DNA of 64,000 nt from Octopus vulgaris (taxonomy: Eukaryota), in the NCBI GenBank assembly GCA_951406725.2, contig OX597826.1, positions 69,068,001 through 69,132,000 on the forward strand, in the 5' to 3' direction. The notes beneath the pieces are model-generated. The model was not told the DNA's origin. It searched no databases and was given only the letters and a program-made list of their open reading frames with translations. Made by a program: the position numbers and the translations under genes. This document shows positions 56,935 through 64,000 of the stretch, one piece after another (position 1 is the first letter of the stretch; each line of letters starts with the position of its first letter).

Positions 56935-57468
56935 ATTTTGGCACAAGTTCAGCAGTTTCAAGGAGGAGGCCAGTCGATTAGATCGACACCCGCTAAACTG
57001 GTACTTGTTTCGGTGACCCAGAAAACATGCAAGGCAAAATCGACTTCGGTGGAATTTGAACTCGGAAAATAATGTCAGATGAAATAACGATAAACGTCGC
57101 CCTTTTCAAGCCTAGCCAGGCTCATGGGCCCAGTTTCCCGGTTTCTGGGGTGTATGTGCCCCCCCCCCTCAGCTGGACGGGACGCTAGTCCATCGCAGCG
57201 TTACTCAAGCGACAGGAAGAGAGAGTGGGAGAAAGTTGTGGCGAAAGACTACAACAGGGGTCGCCACCATCCCCTGCCGGAGCTTCGTGGAGCTTTTAGG
57301 TGTTTTCGCTCAATAACCACACACAACGTCCGCTCTGGGAATCGAAACCGCGACCCCCTGACCGCGAGTCCGCTGCCCTAACCACTTGGCCATTGCACCT
57401 CCAGTCAGATGAAATGCTGTTAAGTATTTTAGCCCCACGTGCTAACGATTCCGCCAACTCACTGCCTT
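56935..57468 (-). mobile_element. SINE family C interrupted by another SINE
   Basis: Body 56935-57085 and head 57404-57468 flank the insertion. Confidence 0.8.
57086..57403 (-). mobile_element. tRNA-derived SINE, family D, with 12-bp TSD
   Basis: Minus head GGAGGTGCAATGGCCAAGTGGTTAGGGCAGCGG...GGTTTCGATTCCC; TSD GTCAGATGAAAT at 57074-57085 and 57404-57415. Confidence 0.88.
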
Positions 57469-57684
57469 CACGTCCTTGGCATAATATTGCCTGATTATGC
57501 TGATAGCATTTTGGTGGTAAGCAGTCGAGCGGGGTCTCCATGTATATTCAAACCTCGTAACCATATGACCCTATAACATAACTGAAGACAATTTTAGCCT
57601 CCCATACCCAACTCAAAATTAGTCTGGGTCATTTTTGGCGCGAGCGAGTAATGCTATTACTACTATCATTACATATATATATAT

Positions 57685-57754
<70 letters not shown>

Positions 57755-58387
57755 GGGTGTGTGTGATTGTGTATAGAAGAATATATTAATAGATTTAACC
57801 ATCTATTGTGTATAGAAGAATATATTAACAGATTTAATCATCTCGCTACAGTCAAAAATTGTGAAGCATGGCTGTCACCCCTACTACATGAACCTGAAGA
57901 TTGCATAATTTAATGCATGAAAGTACTTGTTCAATCAGAATGAACATTTAACATTCTATTATTTTATTTTATTATATTATATTATATTATATCATTATAA
58001 AATTGTAAATAAAACGTGAAAATCAGACAAGGTTGGAATTCCTTTTATTAATATATATATATATATATTCAGAAGGTAAAGCCGGAGGAAATGCGGCTAA
58101 GCATTTAATCCGATAGGTTAGCAATTCTTCCAGCTCCCTACCTAAATGATTAATGATCCTTTTTTCTACTACAGACAAAGGCCTGAAATTTAGAAATTTA
58201 GAAGGATGATGGCTGGACGATTACATTGAACCCGCTCCTTAACTGGTGCTTAGTTCATTTAACCCGAGAGGAAAATAGGTAAAGTAGAATTCACGCCATT
58301 CACACGTAAGGACATAGAAACAGACAAAACGCCACTAAACATTTCTTTTTCTGGCGTGCTTGCAATTTTTCCAGTTCGCTGTGTCAA

Positions 58388-58760
58388 TTATTACCTCCGT
58401 CTTAACGAAGGCGGAGGCAATGTTTTTTAAGTCGTGTGAGTTTGTTTGTCCGTGGACAAGATATCTCAAGCACCACTGGATGGATTCGGATGAAACTTTC
58501 AGAGATATTTGGCCTTGTATCTGGCACGAATTGGCTACATTTTGGGATCGATCTAGTACCGAACAAGGATTTTGGATTATTTTTCCTGCTTTTTTACTTA
58601 ATTTTTGAGAGCGGTCGGGTTCATTTTAAGTATTCTAGTTTGTGAGAGCGATCGAGTTTATTTCGGATATTCTCATTTTATAATCCATCTCTGGCTTATC
58701 ATTGAAAGGAAGTTGGTTTTTGCCTTGGCGGAGGTTTGAACTCTCTGAGTACCCTTGTTT
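58388..58760 (+). mobile_element. Helentron-associated HINE (DINE-1-like architecture)
   Basis: 5' subTIR/IR TTATTACCTCCGTCTT-AACG-AAGGCGGAGG, short (GTTT)n, 3' subTIR GGCGGAGGT, small hairpin ACTC-TCT-GAGT, T-rich end. Confidence 0.72.
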
Positions 58761-59627
58761 TATCTAAAATGACATGAAATCTAGTATTATCGAGTAGGAT
58801 AACATAGAGTTATGTTCTGTTATTGCTCAGTCTAGCTGGCTGGTTTTCTGTTCTAACAATGTGCTCCTTGTCTAATATGTAGCTGTCTAAGATACCATTA
58901 TCTCACTGACGTATGTGCAAGTACATTATATAATGTGTCATTTCATTCTATGAGAGGGAGATTATAATTTGGGTAAGATTTGGCAGCTATTCCTAGTAGG
59001 TTGAGCTACTACATTCAGTGACGCTTGTTAGTTTGTCTGCAGTCGAAATAATCGATTAAGCCGTCCCACAAAATGATAGAAATTAATATTAACACTTCTT
59101 GGACGTTTGCAATCCGAAAGTAAATTAACTCGCCTTCTTATTTTGACGTCTGCTATGGAATGTGCCTGGAACTGGAATATATTTTAAGCATTTAGAGAAT
59201 ATTTCTGTCTCGGAGGGTCAACAAAGGCCAGGAAAATTGCTCCTATCGTCCTCCTACACAGAATAAAATATTAAAATATAATATATGTATATATTTTGTT
59301 TTGCCAATTTTTACTAAAGAGAATACACGTACATTACAAAGATATGCAGCAAAACATAGACACATACACAAACACTTTCTTTCACACGCACACTTGTACG
59401 TACGCATAATGTATCTGACTTTAGTAATTTTATCAATTTATCGATTAACGTATCGATCTAGCTGTCTGGTAATCGATCAATCTAATCTCTCTGTCAGTAA
59501 ATAGTTTTATCAGTATCTTTTGGAAAGCGGACACATTTATCATTTATCATATTATACGTATACATGCATATATATGTTTGTATATTGATATGTATGTATG
59601 TGTGTATAAATACGTGTATGTAGTTAA

Positions 59628-59689
<62 letters not shown>

Positions 59690-59740
59690 TTACATATAGG
59701 CAATTACGTGTATATATTTATATATATATTTATATATATA

Positions 59741-59791
<51 letters not shown>

Positions 59792-60154
59792 CAAAACCGA
59801 TGAGATTAAATGTAAATCAATTTAAATAACATGTTTCAGTGTATTTGTGGGAAGGAGTTAGGTTTGTTTCTCTTTTTCTCTCTTTGTATGTATTCTCACA
59901 TATGCACACACAGACCACACACAAACATGCATGTATATACATACACGCGTATTTCTACACATAGGTGTGTGTGGGTACTGGTGTATATGTACTTACAGAC
60001 ACTCAAACTGTCTGTTTATATTGTCTTCTTAAGATGTAACTAACTTTTGTGTTGTGCGTGTTGAATAGCTTACGGTATATTTATGACTGTATGTCTGTAT
60101 GCATCAATCTATCTCTCTGTCTGTCTCTCTATCTACCTACCTGTTTATTTATTC

Positions 60155-60221
<67 letters not shown>

Positions 60222-60249
60222 ACACTCTCTCTCTCTGTCTCTGTCTCAG

Positions 60250-60282
<33 letters not shown>

Positions 60283-60588
60283 ATATATATATATATAGAT
60301 ATATAAGCACACCCATGCACAGATACATTCTTACTTATGTATATACCTATATTGACAAACGGAATGCAAATGTATGTATATATGTTATTATATAAGTATG
60401 TATGCGCGTATGTACTTATGTATATATGTATGTAAATATTCAATTTTGGTGGCTGTTGCGTGAAAGTATACATTTTGCTATATTTACCATTCATTTAGTC
60501 TGAACGAAGTCTCATTGCATCTGTTTATCTACACACAGACACAAACATATATATATATACGTATGTGTGTGTATGTGTGTGTGTGTGT

Positions 60589-60921
60589 GAAGGCGTATGG
60601 CTCAGTGGTTAGAGCGTCGAGCTTACGATCGTGTGGTTGTTAGCTCCAATCCCGGCCTGGGTTGCGTGTTGTGTTCTTGAGCAAGACACTTTATCTCACG
60701 TTGCTCCAGTTAACTCAGCTGTAGAAATGAGTTGCGACGTCACTGATGCCAAACTGTATCGGCCTTCGCCTTTCCTTTGAATAACATCAGTGGCGTGGAG
60801 AGGGGAGTCCGGTATGCTTGGGCGACTGCTGGTCTTCCATAATCAATCTTGCCCGGACTTGTGCCTGGGAGGAAAAATTCGAGGTGCAATCCCATGGTCA
60901 GTCATGACCAAAGGGGGTCTC
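60589..60921 (+). mobile_element. tRNA-derived SINE with family B head/CORE and a different tail
   Basis: First ~145 bp match 629-765 (TTGAGCAAGACACTTTATCTCACGTTGCTCCA); the remainder does not match the 629-950 tail. Confidence 0.82.
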
Positions 60922-60965
<44 letters not shown>

Positions 60966-61000
60966 GCATAGATACATACATATATATATATATATATACA

Positions 61001-61034
<34 letters not shown>

Positions 61035-61084
61035 CATACATACATACGCATGTTTGTCTATATACGGGTATACATACATAAGGC

Positions 61085-61300
61085 ACCCAGATGACGGAAC
61101 CGTTACAACAACAGACGAAATATTTAACGGCATTTCTTCCTATTGTACGTTCAGTGTTCAAATGCTGCCGGAGTCGACATTGCCTTTAATTCTTTCGGGG
61201 TCGAGAAAATAAGTACCAGCTCAACGCTGGTGTAGATGTAATCGACTCATCCACTCACCACCCCAAACGAAATAGCTAGCTTTGGGCCAAAATATGAAAT
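61085..61300 (+). mobile_element. SINE family C, decayed
   Basis: GTTCAAATGCTGCCGGAGTCGAC...TTTCGGGGTCGAGAAAATAAGTACCAG. Confidence 0.75.
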
Positions 61301-61499
61301 CAATAGATATATATATATATACATACATTTATTCATACGCGCGTGCGCACATACAAGCGCAAGCACGGAAACGTATATATATGTACGGGTGTTTATGTGT
61401 GTATGTGTGTGTGTGTGTGCTTGCATATATATATATATATAATCATATATTAAAACATTAAGAGCTGCGACAGCTGTCGTGTTATCGTAATCGTCATTA

Positions 61500-61508
61500 G
61501 CATCGTCG

Positions 61509-61545
<37 letters not shown>

Positions 61546-61607
61546 TATCATCATCATTATTATTATTATCGTTATTATAATTATTATCATTATTATTATT
61601 ATTGTTG

Positions 61608-61638
<31 letters not shown>

Positions 61639-61644
61639 TGTTTT

Positions 61645-61677
<33 letters not shown>

Positions 61678-61690
61678 AAACAGCAGCAGC

Positions 61691-61725
<35 letters not shown>

Positions 61726-61733
61726 TATTATTT

Positions 61734-61788
<55 letters not shown>

Positions 61789-61836
61789 CAGCGGTAATTG
61801 TTGTTATTGTTGTTGTTGTTCCTGTAGTATTAGTAT

Positions 61837-61915
<79 letters not shown>

Positions 61916-61936
61916 TGCAGCAGCAGCAGCAGCAGT
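61500..61936. repeat. Compound (CAT)n/(TTA)n/(TAG)n/(CAG)n microsatellite
   Basis: Direct observation; explains the spurious 295-aa ORF. Confidence 0.95.
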
Positions 61937-62166
61937 ATTTTCAGTAAGGAACATTAATGTCTTTACCTGCAATGAAAAACATGAATATATTATTTTATAT
62001 GACAACAACAACAACAACAACAACAAAAAAAGAAGAAACGAAACAAAAACAGAGTTAACAAACACAACAACATAACAGTCAGTGAAAAAAAAGTAAAACA
62101 AAATAAAAAAAACAAAAGAATAATATAGCCCCATAGTGCTAAATGTAAAACAATCTCTTAATAGAA

Positions 62167-62266
62167 GGAGGAGGATCAGGGGGAGGAGGAGGAGGTGCAG
62201 GGGGAGGAGGAGGAGGAGGTGCAGGGGGAGGAGGAGGAGGAGGTGCAGGGGGAGGAGGAGGAGGAG
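62167..62266. repeat. G-rich minisatellite, unit GTGCAGGGGGAGGAGGAGGA(GGA)G, ~4 copies
   Basis: Direct observation. Confidence 0.9.
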
Positions 62267-62848
62267 AATAAGTAGGTCTAGGAATTAAGGGTCATATGAG
62301 GTGAGGGACTGCGTCTAACTTTAGAAAGCTGCTGTGATAGAAATGCCATATTTGTAATTTAGGGAGTTTTCACATAAGACTCTCACCCTCTCTCTCTCTT
62401 TCTCGCTCTCTCACGTCCTCTATCTTTAGCTCACTCTCTTTCCTCCCCTCTTTCTCTCTCTCCCATTCCTTCTCTTTTCTTCTCATTCATATACATAGAT
62501 ATTTCTACATTAACACATGTAAGTAGACGTACATGTCTGTGTACACACACATGGTTAAAGAGCAATATTTATATTTATACACATGTGTGTGTGCGTGTGT
62601 GTGTGTGAATGTATGTGTGTGTGTATCTCACTCGAATCTGTAGGCATACGTGTGTATGTGTACGAGTTTGAAAAATCTATGACTAACATACTCTAAGTGA
62701 TTTATACATATTTGCCTGTGTAGTGAACTTGTATGTGTATGTATGTGCATAGCGGTGATATACGTAGCGCATATATGTATATACACACGCATGTATATCT
62801 GTATGCGCTTATATATCGTTAAATATATATATTTTGATTAATGAGGGA

Positions 62849-62885
<37 letters not shown>

Positions 62886-62914
62886 CTCTCTTATAAGTAT
62901 AATAATAATAAATA

Positions 62915-63410
62915 GTTATCATGTACATTGGTTTGTCTTGGTATGAAAGATGGGCTACAGCAAATATTCTGCTCAATACCACAGATGTACTTGTCAGTTG
63001 TTTGACCATAACCAGTTGACCATGGCCTTAGTGGCTGACGATATGTGCATCTCTGTTCATGAGCAGAAGTGGTGGGGGAGCATCATAGCCGTGTGTTGAA
63101 AGGAATTCTTAGAGGTTTGGATAAGTCACATTTGGAAACATGGGAGTTTTGTTCAACATCCTTAAACAATCCTTAATCAGGGATCTTTTCAGCGGGATGG
63201 GATACTCGACCAGAAGAAAATTCTAACTGGGCCCCACCTGCAAGGTCATGCGCTGTTTATCTTGATATGAGATCACCATGTCGCGCATATATGGTCGTGA
63301 TGCATGTGCCTGGTGTACCCTTATCATACAGGTAGTAATGTTGGGTATACTGGGCTTCGTATATATTTTACCCCAGTGTCACTTTGAAGGCATGCACTGC
63401 TCTCTCAGTC

Positions 63411-63412
<2 letters not shown>
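62915..63412 (+). mobile_element. Probable retroelement 3' segment ending in (AAT)n
   Basis: GC-richer ~500-bp block terminating in an (AAT)n tail; single copy in the window, no peptide match seen. Confidence 0.4.
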
Positions 63413-63441
<29 letters not shown>

Positions 63442-63449
63442 TTAATAAT

Positions 63450-63995
63450 AATAATAACATTTCTTAAGTAACTAGAAGATGGATTTCGTATTAGTCTTTA
63501 TTTTGTACAATAGTCGTTTCAATCCATCCAGCTACTCTCCTTTATGGGAGGGATTCAGTTCAACATGTTGTGTTCCGTCCATTTTGTAGTCTGGGTCTCA
63601 TCAGATACATCCATACATTAAGCTGTGTTTCGCTAAAGATCCTGAGTTTTGGCTGCCATGTTGTTATATGCCCATCTGTTTAGGGAATGAAACGTTGCAA
63701 CATTTTTCAGTCACTATTATCTCTCTATAGAAAGAATTGCAAGCATCTGTAAATACATTGACAAATAACTGTCGATATAGCAACATGAGCGCTAAAATTC
63801 AGGATCTTTAACGAGACGCAACTTTATGTATGGATGTACCAGATGAGACCCAGATTGCAAAATAGATGCAACAGAACATATTGAACGAAGTCTCACCAAT
63901 AAGTGACAGCAGTAAGATGAGTCAAACGACCGTTGGACAAAATAAAGATTAATACAAGATTCATCTCCTGGTTACTTAAGAAATTCTTATTAGTA
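63450..63995. mobile_element. Foldback element/MITE with ~225-bp inverted arms
   Basis: ATTTCTTAAGTAACTAGAAGATG...CATGTTGTTATAT pairs imperfectly with ATATAGCAACATG...CATCTCCTGGTTACTTAAGAAAT. Confidence 0.85.
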
Positions 63996-64000
63996 TTTCA

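Overview
Eukaryotic, AT-rich, repeat-dominated non-coding DNA. The microsatellite spectrum and SINE content resemble an octopus/cephalopod genome (inference, not verified). I find no supportable host gene: nearly all ORF-track entries are translations of (AT)n/(AC)n/(ATC)n/(AAT)n repeats or SINEs. The window holds many copies of at least four tRNA-derived SINE families and decayed LINE fragments (CR1/L2-like, two RTE-clade, R4/Dong-like, one 5'UTR+ORF1 piece). It also has a full-length decayed mariner, a decayed hAT (Charlie/Buster-like) transposase, a Mutator-like MITE, foldback elements, a non-autonomous Helitron and a Helentron-type HINE. The most interesting signal is a set of minimal type-I hammerhead ribozyme (HHR) motifs in short elements embedded in microsatellites. 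These include one intact motif (6420-6454), a G3-C8 compensatory core variant (5416-5466), and a ~349-bp HHR-bearing unit present as two circular permutations, consistent with Penelope-associated retrozymes. Region ~16.4-30.2 kb contains near-identical local duplications joined by mosaic sequence, probably assembly/consensus artefacts. All alignments and folds were done by eye.
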